A stretch of 64,000 bases of DNA. It comes from Azolla caroliniana. Lineage: Eukaryota; Plantae; Polypodiophyta. Location: NCBI GenBank assembly GCA_043228905.1, contig JBHGNT010000014.1, positions 372,001 through 436,000 on the forward strand, written 5' to 3'. Position numbers and translations under genes: made by a program. The notes under the pieces are model-generated. The model saw nothing but the letters and a program-made list of their open reading frames with translations, was not told where the DNA came from and ran no database searches. Positions 36,868-48,400 of this stretch are shown here, one piece after another (position 1 is the stretch's first letter; every line of letters starts with the position of its first letter).

Positions 36868-39800
36868 TGGACGAAGCCACTGTATGTTTTTCTTTCCTTT
36901 CTAATTCTCCCATCGTAACGCGTTTTTTTTAGGGTTCTTTCTTTCTTTCTTTCCATCCATCTCTCTCTGTATCTCTGTCTCTCTGTCTCTCTGTCCCTCC
37001 CCCTCCCTGATATAGGATTCCGATAGAGATGACGCATCTCCTCTGTTTCCTTCCATGTTTGGACTGCACAGGAAATCCATGACCTGCTAGAGCTCGTGAG
37101 AGTATACTGCCCTCCTGAGGCCAAGGAAAATGACGACGACGATGGCGACGAGGATGAGTCTGATGAAGATGGAGGAGGAAGAAGAAGAAAAGGAAGAAGC
37201 AGCAGTGATAGAAGAAGCAGAAGAAGCGGAAGGGGAAGGCATACTCCCCCAACTTGGAATATGTTCGATTTCTTCTCGGTACGAATATCTATGCTTTTCC
37301 TTTTAATTCAGTTTGTCCCTTCCATTTATTGTTATTAGCTCAATTTACTGCATGAAGTTTTCTGCATTTAGCATGCCTTCTCCTCTGAATGCCGTCCGTT
37401 CCCCCCCATCTAATTACAATGCCCCTTAGTTGTTTTTACTTTGATTCCGGAACCAAAGGCAGGGATTTGTCCGTATTTAGTGTAATGTTTTCTGTACGAA
37501 TCCCCTGTTTGCAATTAATGTGCTCGATTCCCTTCCTTTTACCACCCTCAATTTGCAATTTCTGATTCAAATTTAGGCATTAATGGCACCATTTGTATAT
37601 GCTTGATTCCTGTCCCGTATATGCTATAGAGGCTCAACCTTCCTCTTTTAGAGTCTCCATTGGTCGTTCCTATACCAAACTTCTGTACAGAGAGCAGGGG
37701 TTTCTGTTTCTCTAAAAGGTCAAAAGTTCTTTATGAATGCAATGATGAGATTTACACAGAAATTTACTTTTCGCTGAGTATATTGTAATACCCTTGCATT
37801 TTTCCTTGTTTTCTATTTTATTGTTACAGAACTTGTTTACGGGCATGATGATGAGATTAGAGGGGATGAGATCTTCCGATCTTCTGTACTTCCACCAATG
37901 CTTTCAAAAGGTTTTTTGTTCTCTCTTCTGTTTCAGTCTTATGAAAAGGTCAAAGAGCCCAGTTGATAAAGACTGTCTCTTGCAGTTCAGGGATATAGCG
38001 TCGAGCCATTTCTTCACAAGCTCTGAAGAGAAAGGGACACTCGATGAATATCACAGCAAAATATTTCAACGGGAAGCCAAGGTATTTTACATAATACGTA
38101 GAGTTTCCATAACCATGGTGGTGGTGGTGGCTATGCCAAGTACATACTTTAGAAAAAGTTTGTCATTTCTGGTTGTAACATTTTGTTGGGTCTTAGAGTG
38201 CATAACATATCTTTCACGTATTCATAATTTGTTTCTATTGATTCTTAGTTTAGTTTTTTCTGGTATTACTTGGTCTACACCACAGTTTCATCTATGTTTC
38301 TATGTCATTCGCTTCGTGTATATAGGCCAGAAAGGATCTCAGCAGTCTACAACAGCAATTACAAGTTGAAAGAGAGAGACGTGCTAAAGCTTTCTCACAG
38401 TATCAAGCTGCAGAGAAGCACTTGCATAGTAAATGTTCCATCGTTTTTGTATTACAAAATAGAGCATGTCAAATGAAGCCTAATTTCTGAAATGCTCTCT
38501 TCTGAGTTATATGGGCCTTCTTGAAATTCATTGGTATACAAAGTTTCTTCACCCAGAGAACTGTCCTTCAAAATCGCAATATCATGATTTAATATACAAA
38601 AAAGTGCATGCCAAATGAAGCCTAATTTCTGAAATGCTCTCTTTTGAGTTATATGGGCCTTCTTGAAATTCATTGGTATACAAAATTTCTTTACCCACAC
38701 ATTTGAGCACTGTATTAGACTGCTCACGGCTTCAGTACAAGAGTTCTCTAGGCGCTTCTCACGTTTTACTCTTCTATCAGCATCAATAAGAAGTTACTTA
38801 GGTATTGTTGCTATGTTTTAAATGATGATCTGTTGTGAATTTGGAAGCTGGTTAGGGTAGCCATCCACATGTTAGAGAGCTCTTCTATTGTGATATGGGT
38901 TCTTCTATTGTGTGAAAGGTAAAAATGCTTGTCTGCAGGTGATCATGCTCTGTTTTTGCTGCATGGTCTCGTCATTTCTACTCACTATGTATTCGTATGA
39001 TCCTTTCCTCTGCTTTGCCCTTCCCTCATCCACTGCTTCATTGTAAATAGACGGGCACTTTTGTCTATTGGGTTTACCTTTCCTAACAGTTGAGAGTCGA
39101 TCGTAATCAGACAAAGGGTTCTGAAATATGGATTTGACCCACTCAAGCTAATAATTTAATCGCACAAAGAAATCAGTTAAGAGGTACGAAGGATTCCAAC
39201 ATTTCAATTTGATCTTCCAAAAGCTAATAATTCGTCCATGCACAAAACTTGAGAGATGCTACTTCCTAATGGTTTCACCTACATATCAAGAGATTGAAAG
39301 TCGAAAAGAATTGAAGACAAATATACACAACCAGCTGTTTCTCGTAGGACCTGGATTACATTGTTTAGAACTTCAACTATCACAACTTAAATTCAAAGAA
39401 GCGTGCATCTCCTCTTTGCCGAACACTTTAACGTCTGATGAGAGGTTTCAGTCAGCCATGTACATATAAGACAGATGCAAATGAATACACAAGATTGAGC
39501 AAAATGCCCTAATATTAGGAGTAATCCAAAACTTTTAAAATCTGTGGGAGGTTCATCTGAAAACTCATGATCTGCTGGGCCACATAGGCTCACTTGTTTA
39601 TGATGAAGGTTGACGTTGCCATGCCTAATGCAGATACACAGAGGTCCCTAAAGTAGATATAAAGGGCAGAAAAGGTTATTTTTATATCAGTTTTCAACTT
39701 AGAAGGTAAGTCATTGTTCATTCAGTGTAGTATGATCGATTTTCAAAGTTAGTGTTGCCGTGTCACATTGTTTTTTATGAATCTCTTTTTGGTCCCCGCT

Positions 39801-42800
39801 CAATTTTATACTCACTGATGCGTTTCATGATACTCTATGCACAAACTTGTTTATTACTGATGACATGAATGAGTCTCATCTTGTGATTTTCTATGAATGA
39901 GTTACTTATTACAAGGATTGGTTGATCAAAATGTAGTCACAAATGGTGGTGTTGCGAAAGAGATGTTTTGTCTCTAACTAAATTTAAGCATAAATCAGGG
40001 TATGTTTGAATGGGATTTTCTATTTTCTCGATGCTAGAATCTCAACTTCTTCATTTTACTTACGCAAATCAACTTTATTCGATTAGCAAGTAGATTTGGT
40101 TGTCTTTATCTGCTTCAACTTGTACAAATTCAAATCCATGCCTGCCAGCTTATTTCTTCTTATTATTGTGTCCATCATAGAGGAGGAAGAACTCGTAAAA
40201 GAAGAAGCACTGGAGGCAGAGCGTCAACTTGAGTCTGAATTCAATAATTTAGAAGAACATGAATCCAAAAACTACAACGATGAGGTAGTCTGAAATTTCA
40301 GTAGTTTGAATGCATGATAATAGTACAGTTGTAGATTATGGTATGGATGTCACCATTTCAAAGCTTTCTTATCGTAAAAAAAATTGGTTGAATGAATTAA
40401 ATAGCTTTCAATGTTGTTACGTCATTAAAATGAAAGGAATGGATATTAATTTGGATGTACTGATGGTATACTTTTGTTCAGGAGTTGAGTCTTCTTGACA
40501 AATGCACAGAGTTAAGGATGCTTGCTCAACAACTTCAGGTACTAATACTACCAGTGTCCAAACTGATGGGTCTTTTGCCTGTCAGGAATCTAAACCTTTT
40601 ACATGTCAAGTGACATGCTTAAATGCATTTGTCGTTTACAAGAGGCCATCACATGATTTTCTTATGTGGCAAACCTCAGAAAAGACTTACAAAGTTTATT
40701 TGGAATTGCATGTGCTATGCACTGCCTTTTTGTTCAGGACAACTACCTTTTCTTTACCTTTATCTATGGATTTCAAGCTCATGTATCACAGATAACATCT
40801 GGAATCAAGATACTTTCTGTTTGAGACTCTTTTCTATACCTATAAATACGATAGCATTGACAAAACATTGCTTGCAAAAGTAATGTAGTTGTGTACAAGT
40901 CAGATATAGAAGCACAGATAAAGTACAGAATACGTAGCAGCACAACAGATCTAGATTTGATTTAGTAACACTTATAAAATATTGAGCTCTTTTCCTCTTT
41001 CCGAATGGTATATGATGACATAAATTTTTTTTTTTGTAGATAGAAAATAGGGAAGCTGAATTATCTCTACGGGATAAAAAGGAACAAAGTGTTGAAGAGG
41101 TAACAAATCTGCTGAAGGAATATGCTGACGACATTAAAGCACGTAAAGAAGACTTACAAAAACTGCAAGTAAGGTGAAGCATTTTATTCAAAGAGTAAGG
41201 TTCAACTTTGAATTTTAGATTAAACATTGTCTGAAGCATATACATCCTACCTGTGATTTCCTGAAGTATAGGACATCTCTTATGTTTCCCTTACTCAATA
41301 GGGGAGAAAGTAAGCCCCTATGTTCTTTCCTTTCACGAGAACAACAAAGTCTGTGTAGATCTCTTGTTGTAGAACAGTGTCCTGCTACCTTGTCCATCTA
41401 TTCTGCCTTTTTGACCTAATGGCTCTGTAGGTGCTGAGCTCTACTTAAATGAAAGAAACATGTTGGTCTGTCAACAATATACAAAAAGCCTTAATAATAC
41501 TATATCTTCTTTAACCTCCTGGTTGGGCCAGATGTTAGATCTAGTGTCACTAATGCTATTGATTACTAACATTTTGTGGTGCATCATTGGAGGACTTCCT
41601 TATCTAATTTGATGGGAATCAAGGTAGAAAGGGGCACTCTGCAGGTTATGTTAGGATGTGGAAATGCCTTTTTCTGTAGGGTTATATAATATTTTCTTCT
41701 GGTAAAGGGGGATACATGTAAAGTCTTATTTGAACATTTTACCTACCCACCCATCTTTGTACCTCTCTAAAATCACAGATCATTGAATGAGAGCATGGTT
41801 AGAAATGTGATTGCATAGGAGGATGACGCCCATGATGCTTCTGTCAGAAGTTTGGTAAATTACTCCCTGATAATATCCCAATGATCAATATTGCCATGAT
41901 TATATTTGAGGATTACCTTAATAAGTTGTTTTGAATAATGTATATTTCATTGTGCATATTATTCCGCCCAACATTTGTGTGTTTAATTTCCAGGAAGATC
42001 ATGAAAACATTCAAATGAAAATAGACAAATATCAGAATTATTTCAAGGAGAAGGAATTGGAAGTGAGCTTCTGATTAAATCAATGGTATGAATATAAATG
42101 CTTACATATTTGAGTTAAAGGCTGATTGGATTCCTTTCCTCAATGTAGAAAGTGAGAAAGAAAGAAGAAGAAAGACTTAACACGATAGCCAAATTGGTAT
42201 GAAAAGAAATATATGATACCATTACTCTTTAGATTATTTATAATTCAACAAGAAAACTTCATGATTTAAAACTGTGATTGATCTTGTGTGCATTCTCACA
42301 TTTTGGTAAATTGCTAATGCATAGTCGGGGTCTGGTGGTTCTATATTATCTGGCTCCATTTTATCTTATAATTGTCTAGGAACTTGATTTCCTGTAAGCA
42401 CTCAAAATATTAGAGAACTCATGGATTGCTTATAATTGGCAGTTTATGTTATCAATAATTCTACAAGTAATTGTAATCTGTTTCTCTTCAGGACAGAGGG
42501 TATGATTTTATTTTGTTTTTTATGATTTTATTATTTTGATTATAGGCTCGTCAAAAGAAAAGAAAAGATGCTGTATTTTTCATACAATATGCTTGGAGGC
42601 GGTTCCAAAGAAGAAAGGAGGCCAAGATCGCACTAGAGGCTAAGGTAATCTGATCAAATTTTTGAACTATAGAAAAATATGTTGATGGAAGTATGCTGTA
42701 GTTTATTGTTCAATAAAGGGGGAGAACAAAAATTTAATTTGCTTCCTTAACTTGCTTACATATATAACATGATCAACTGTTCTAGCATTCAGTTGGATCT

Positions 42801-44391
42801 TCAATAAATTGCAAGAGCAGTTAAATACATAATTTAAATTCCTGTCTATTAAATGTTTGATCTTTGTAATTTCTATACTAAGTTAGATCTTGAGAATTTG
42901 AGGTCTAGGAGTATACTTATATTTCTGAAGCTCTTTGCATATTAAAGAGGATATAGAAAGTGTTGCTTTATCAGAGAAGTATAAAATCTCCCTACATTGT
43001 CACTTGAAATGGTTGAAAATTCAGAGTCACATTTACATGAGAAAAATGATAAACATACCAGGGTTATTAGAAAGGAAGAGGTGGTTTTTTGGTTGAATTT
43101 TCTGTTCTGCGGCATTTTTTATTACTCATTTCTTAATGTGTATATATTTATTTTCACAAATATTTAGTCCATATGTGGCTTTCTCAGAGGATTTGAAGCT
43201 TGGGTCTGATAGGGTACTCGTGCTGAAGACATTGTTCATGCTTTATGTTTTTTGGCTAAGTTGCCCGAGTCTGTTGAGCATTCCATATGACTTGCCACTT
43301 GATTTGGTAGGCTATCTGTCTGTGTCGTTGTCTATGGGCAAGAAGAAAACAGTCTTCACAATTCTTTTGAGGGAGAAGATTTAGGCAGTCTTCTCTTGGT
43401 GATCAATATGAGAAGAAAACAGTCTTCACAATTCTTTTGAGGGAGAAGATTTAGGCAGTCTTCTCTTGGTGATCAATATGAGCACTCTGTAAGCACCATT
43501 AACAATTCTATACATATTTATCAAGGCCTATTGGCAGGTATAAGACATGCATTTAATAATACCTTTAGTATGATGCATGTGACAAAAACTCTTTACTCAC
43601 ATTTTTTGGAATGATCTTCCTCCGCATAGACCTTGGTTGTCACTTCTTTGGTAGGCAGTGACTGGGCAGTGTATGATTCAGATAATGTAGACTCTTGATG
43701 TTCATTAATAATGGTAAAGTGTTGTTTTTCCACGGCACCTTGCCTTACACAATATTGATAGTCTGGGCCTTGCATTATACAACCTTGATAGCCTGATCCT
43801 CGACCTAACAGCTGACACAATCCACTTCTAACACTTACTGCTCATTAAAGTTGTGGTCTACAGTACACTAATATGTTACTTCCTCTGTTATGTTAGACAT
43901 TCTCACCAAGAGTTGTGCTTATCCATGAAACAACCCAAGGGTGCAAGCCACTACTTTCAGCTAAAATGTTGGGACTCTGTTCCAGAAGATTTTTGACACG
44001 TCTCATTATTATTCTGGAATCTGTTCATAAAATGCTGATAAGTCTAATTCTCGAAGGGGATGATAAAGAATCTTGATGGTACAAGTGGTTCAGACAAATT
44101 TCCCTTCAATGTTGGGATTCCAGTAAGCATTCTAGTCGTGATAGATTTTCAAATGTCCAAACTTTTAAGTCAAGGGCTGATTATGACCTTTTTGTGCTGC
44201 TTCTAGGTCTCTCATCGCTGTTATAGCTATTGTTGCTTTCCTTCTTTTTTGTTGAGAGAGGAATTTCTCTGCAGGATAAAAACAAGAAAGGAAAGCCGGG
44301 GACTAAGCCAAGAACTGAGAAGCCAACCCAGAATGAACCCAAAGATGCTTCCAAAACTAAAGCCACCAAAAATCAAAAGAAGAAAACCTAG
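36868..44391 (+). CDS. DRC10: Dynein regulatory complex subunit 10 (IQCD-like); exons 36868-36882?, 37072-37278?, 37830-37910, 37986-38081, 38326-38428, 40181-40284, 40482-40538, 41040-41168, 41994-42062, 42149-42196, 42546-42644, 44275-44391
   Basis: In-phase GT-AG exons give a coiled-coil protein: TSSEEK..FQREAKARKDLSSLQQQLQVERERR; ENREAELSLRDKKEQ...LLKEYADDI. It ends with an IQ motif (FIQYAWRRFQRRK) and a Lys-rich tail, which is the IQCD/DRC10 architecture. The 5' exons are uncertain. Confidence 0.75.
38464..38698. repeat. Intronic direct repeat of about 85 bp, spaced 142 bp apart
   Basis: CAAATGAAGCCTAATTTCTGAAATGCTCTC... occurs at 38470 and 38612. Confidence 0.85.
43341..43482. repeat. 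Perfect 70-bp tandem duplication (intronic)
   Basis: AGAAGAAAACAGTCTTCACAATTC...GATCAATATG occurs at 43341 and 43411. Confidence 0.9.
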
Positions 44392-44733
44392 CTGTCTACT
44401 TGTTGGTCTTTGAATATTATAATGGAGAGAGAACTAAGTGTAACAAGATTGTGATGGGCTAAGCTCCAAGTGGTGCATTTTAACTATAATGGATTGTAAT
44501 GGGACTAAAACTTACAAGATTGTGATGGACTAAGCTACAAGAGGTACATTTTAATTGCAATGGATCAGGTGGGAATTAGATGGAGGAACATTTAAAGCTC
44601 CAATGAACACCTTATATTTTATTGTGAATAATGGACAACGGTGTAGGCATATAAATGGGTGTTAGATATGTGTCTTATAGTTAACACGTTTGATGGGTAA
44701 GATTAGTTCAGACTTGACTGCCTCACTATATGC

Positions 44734-45085
44734 AATTTACCACAATTTATGTTTGCTATTTCTACTTCTTACTCTGACTACAAAACCCTAATAATTCAGG
44801 ATGAGCCATGGTGCATGGCAAGAAAACACATAGAGCTTTTACATGTGAATGAAATCACTTCCACAATTTACTCATGGTTCCACAATTTATGTTTGCTATT
44901 TCTAGTTCTTACTTTGACCACAAAACCCTAATAATTCAGGATGAACAATTTACTCATGGTTCCACAATTTATGTTTGCTATTTCTAGTTCTTACTTTGAC
45001 TACAAAACCCTAATAATTCAGGATGAACCATAGTGGATGGCATGAAAACACATAGAACTCTACATGTGAATGAAATCACTTGCAC
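44734..45085. repeat. Complex tandem triplication between two convergent gene ends
   Basis: CCACAATTTATGTTTGCTATTTCTA...AAAACCCTAATAATTCAGGATGA occurs at about 44740, 44880 and 44962. Confidence 0.85.
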
Positions 45086-45498
45086 AAAGGCGTTTTAATG
45101 TTGGTAGTAAATAAAACATATACAACTTCTGTATGTGAATGCATAAATTAACAACATTAAAAACGCCTTTGTAAATAATTGTGAAAGTAGGGAATATTGT
45201 ATAGAAAATCTCTTCCAATTACATCCATGACAAGGTGAAACTTCAATTAGTTACTGTGACCCAAAAGTAGCATTTCAGACTAATGTAGCGTTCATCAATA
45301 AAATCTCCACATATTTAATAAATATGGACAAGAATGTAATGATACATGATATTCTAGATCAAAAGAATTACTTCTTAGCAAATAAGCTCCATACATTTAT
45401 GTATGGACACGATACTCTACCAAAAGAATTTGCATTCACAGGAGCAATCCAGTGTTTAATTTTGAGGGTTTCCTACATGATCAATCATATATCCAATG

Positions 45499-48400
45499 CT
45501 AGTGGTCAATTTTAACCTGTCTATCTATAGTAGAAAACAACTCGTAGAAGGCTTTGAAATGCTGGTAGCCAATATCCACATCTTCTGCTCCACAGATTTC
45601 CCTCACACTGCATGAACATAGTGATGCATCTCTTTCATTATGTGGAGTTATATTTAGTGCTTTATTCTTTTACTTCTAAAATAGTCCATGATTGCAAAAC
45701 CTGTGCATAGAGAGTTGTGGAATGCCGCAATCCACTGTCCGAATACCAATTCCAGATGCAAGGATTGGCCCAATAGTTGATCCACATCCCATATCATTCC
45801 TCACTACAAAGCTCTGTACAGAATGGTACAAAAGAATGCTTAGGAAAACGTTACAGTGTGACAGTCCAATATAACTGTGATTCATTTTTAACATAGGAAT
45901 AACATCATGAATCTCATTTAACAGGTGGAATCCTCACGCCCAGCTGTTATAGGCACTCCCTAGTAAAGGCTTGAAAGGAATCTAAAGAAATATGAGAAAG
46001 CACATCTGTTCTGTAATATACATTCGTTGGAGGGAGAAAATACAGAGATCTCTTATATTTACATGAGGAGAAGTCCCTCTTTATAAAGGCCAAGATCTGG
46101 CCGTTGGGCTAACTAGCTGTTGGAACTAACTAGCCGTTGGGCTAGCCGTTACAACTTTTAAACATTCTCAACACTCCCCCTCAAGATGGGTGAAAAATAT
46201 CCACTAAGCCCATCTTGTCACACAATCTAGTAAGACTTACTGGCCCAAGTCCCTTTGTAAGACAATCTGCTACTTGATGTTCAGTAGAAACATGACTCAA
46301 TTTTAATATTCCATTATCAAGCTTTTCTTTGATAAAGAACCTTTCGATTTCGATGTGTTTGGTCCTATCGTGCTGTACCGGATTGTTGGCAATGCTGATT
46401 GCTGACTTATTGTCACACCACAACATCATCTGATTTTCTTGATTCACCTTTAGTTCTACTAGGAGAGTTCGCAGCCATAACATCTCCGCAACTCCTATAG
46501 CAATAGCTCTATACTCTGCTTCAGCTGTTGACCTTGCTACTACTGACTGTTTCTTACTCTTCCAAGAGACTAGATTGCCTCCAACAAACATGCAGTATCC
46601 TGATGTGGATTTTCTGTCATCAGCACAACTGGCCCAATCAGAATCACAATAGCCCTCAATGTTAAAATGACCATGTTTTCTGAAGATTAATCCCTTCCCT
46701 GGGGCACCTTTGAGATATCTCAGAATATGGTACACTGCATCCATATGATCTTTCCTCGGATCATGCATGTAGCGACTTACCACACTTACTGCAAATGAGA
46801 TATCTGGACGGGTGTGGGTCAAATAAATCAGCCGACCTACCAATCTTTGATACCTTTCACGATCAACTTTCTCTCCCGCAAGTTCAGTTAGCTTGATCTT
46901 TTGGTCGATTGGAGAAGCTACAGGCCTACAACCCAACATTCCAGTTTCTTTGAGAAGATCAAGTACATATTTTCGCTGAGATAGAACAACTCCTTCTGCT
47001 CCACGAGCTACCTCAATTCCAAGAAAGTAGCGTAGCAATCCTAGATCCTTCACCTCAAACTCTTTACCCAATTGCATCTTCAGTTGGGCAATTTCTCCTT
47101 CATCGTTACCTGTGATAATTATATCATCCACATACACAGCAAGCAATGTAGTATGGTCCTTGTGTTGTCGAAAGAACACTGTATGGTCTGCATTCGTCTG
47201 TTGGTATCCCATACCCACCATAGCCCTTCTTAACCTGTCAAACCAGGCTCGAGGAGATTGCTTTAGTCCATAAAGCGACTTCCTAAGTTTGCAAACCTTA
47301 CCTACTGTTTGAATTGTACCGAAACCTGGGGGAACATCCATGTACACTTCCTCCATCAACTCTCCATGAAGGAATGCATTTTTTACATCTAATTGATGTA
47401 ATTTCCAATCCTTATTCACTGCTAAGGAAATAAGTGTTCTAACAGTGCTCATCTTCGCCACAGGTGCAAAAGTCTCATCATAGTCAATGCCATATGTCTG
47501 ACTATATCCTTTAGCCACCAATCGTGCCTTGTATCGATCTATTTTTCCCTCTGGGGTCTGTTTTATTGTAAACACCCATTTGCACCCAACCGCCTTCTTT
47601 CCCGGTGGTAGTGACACAATCTCCCAAGTTTTGTTCTTCTCAAGAGCTCCGAGTTCTTCTTGCATGGCTGCTTTCCATTTTGGATCTTCTTTAGCAACCT
47701 GCCAACACTTGGGTAAAGTGACAGAGTCTAATGATGCAATGAATGCTCTATGTGTAGCTGATATGTTAGAATAAGAGATAAACTGAGCAATATCATGAGG
47801 AAAACCATAACGATCAGGAGGGACCCCTGCATTACTGCGAGAGGTCCTCCTAATCTCGATAGGAGAAGGAGAGGAAATCATATCACCTGTGATTTCTAGG
47901 TTCGGGAGTTCTGTAGGTATTTCAGAAGTCGAGGCAGGTCGGGACATGGAACTTGATGGCACATGTGGTGTTGAAGACGTGTTCACATTTCCGTCTTTCT
48001 GCCTCCTCTTCCTTGTATACACCTTTAGCTCCCCCTCAACTTGAGTCCCAACACATATAGGCTCCTCGTCTTCGTTTCCTTCTTCTTCCGTACCTCCTAC
48101 GCTCACTTCTTTCTCAGCTGATGTAGGGGTCAGCAAAGGAATTGATCCTATTTTTAGCAACCTCTCACAATTATCTCCTTCCCTCATATTTTCAGTCTGA
48201 ATTAAGTCATCAAAGGGTGAAGTTACCCCTTGTTTATAATATGGCTCTGACTCTCTGAAATGCACATCCATGCTCACAAATAATCTCTTCTCTACTGGAC
48301 TCCAGCAAACATAGCCTTTTTGTGTGGCAGAGTATCCCACAAATACACATTTTACAGCTTTAGGATCAAGTTTTCCTACTGATGGTCTACTGTCCTTTAC

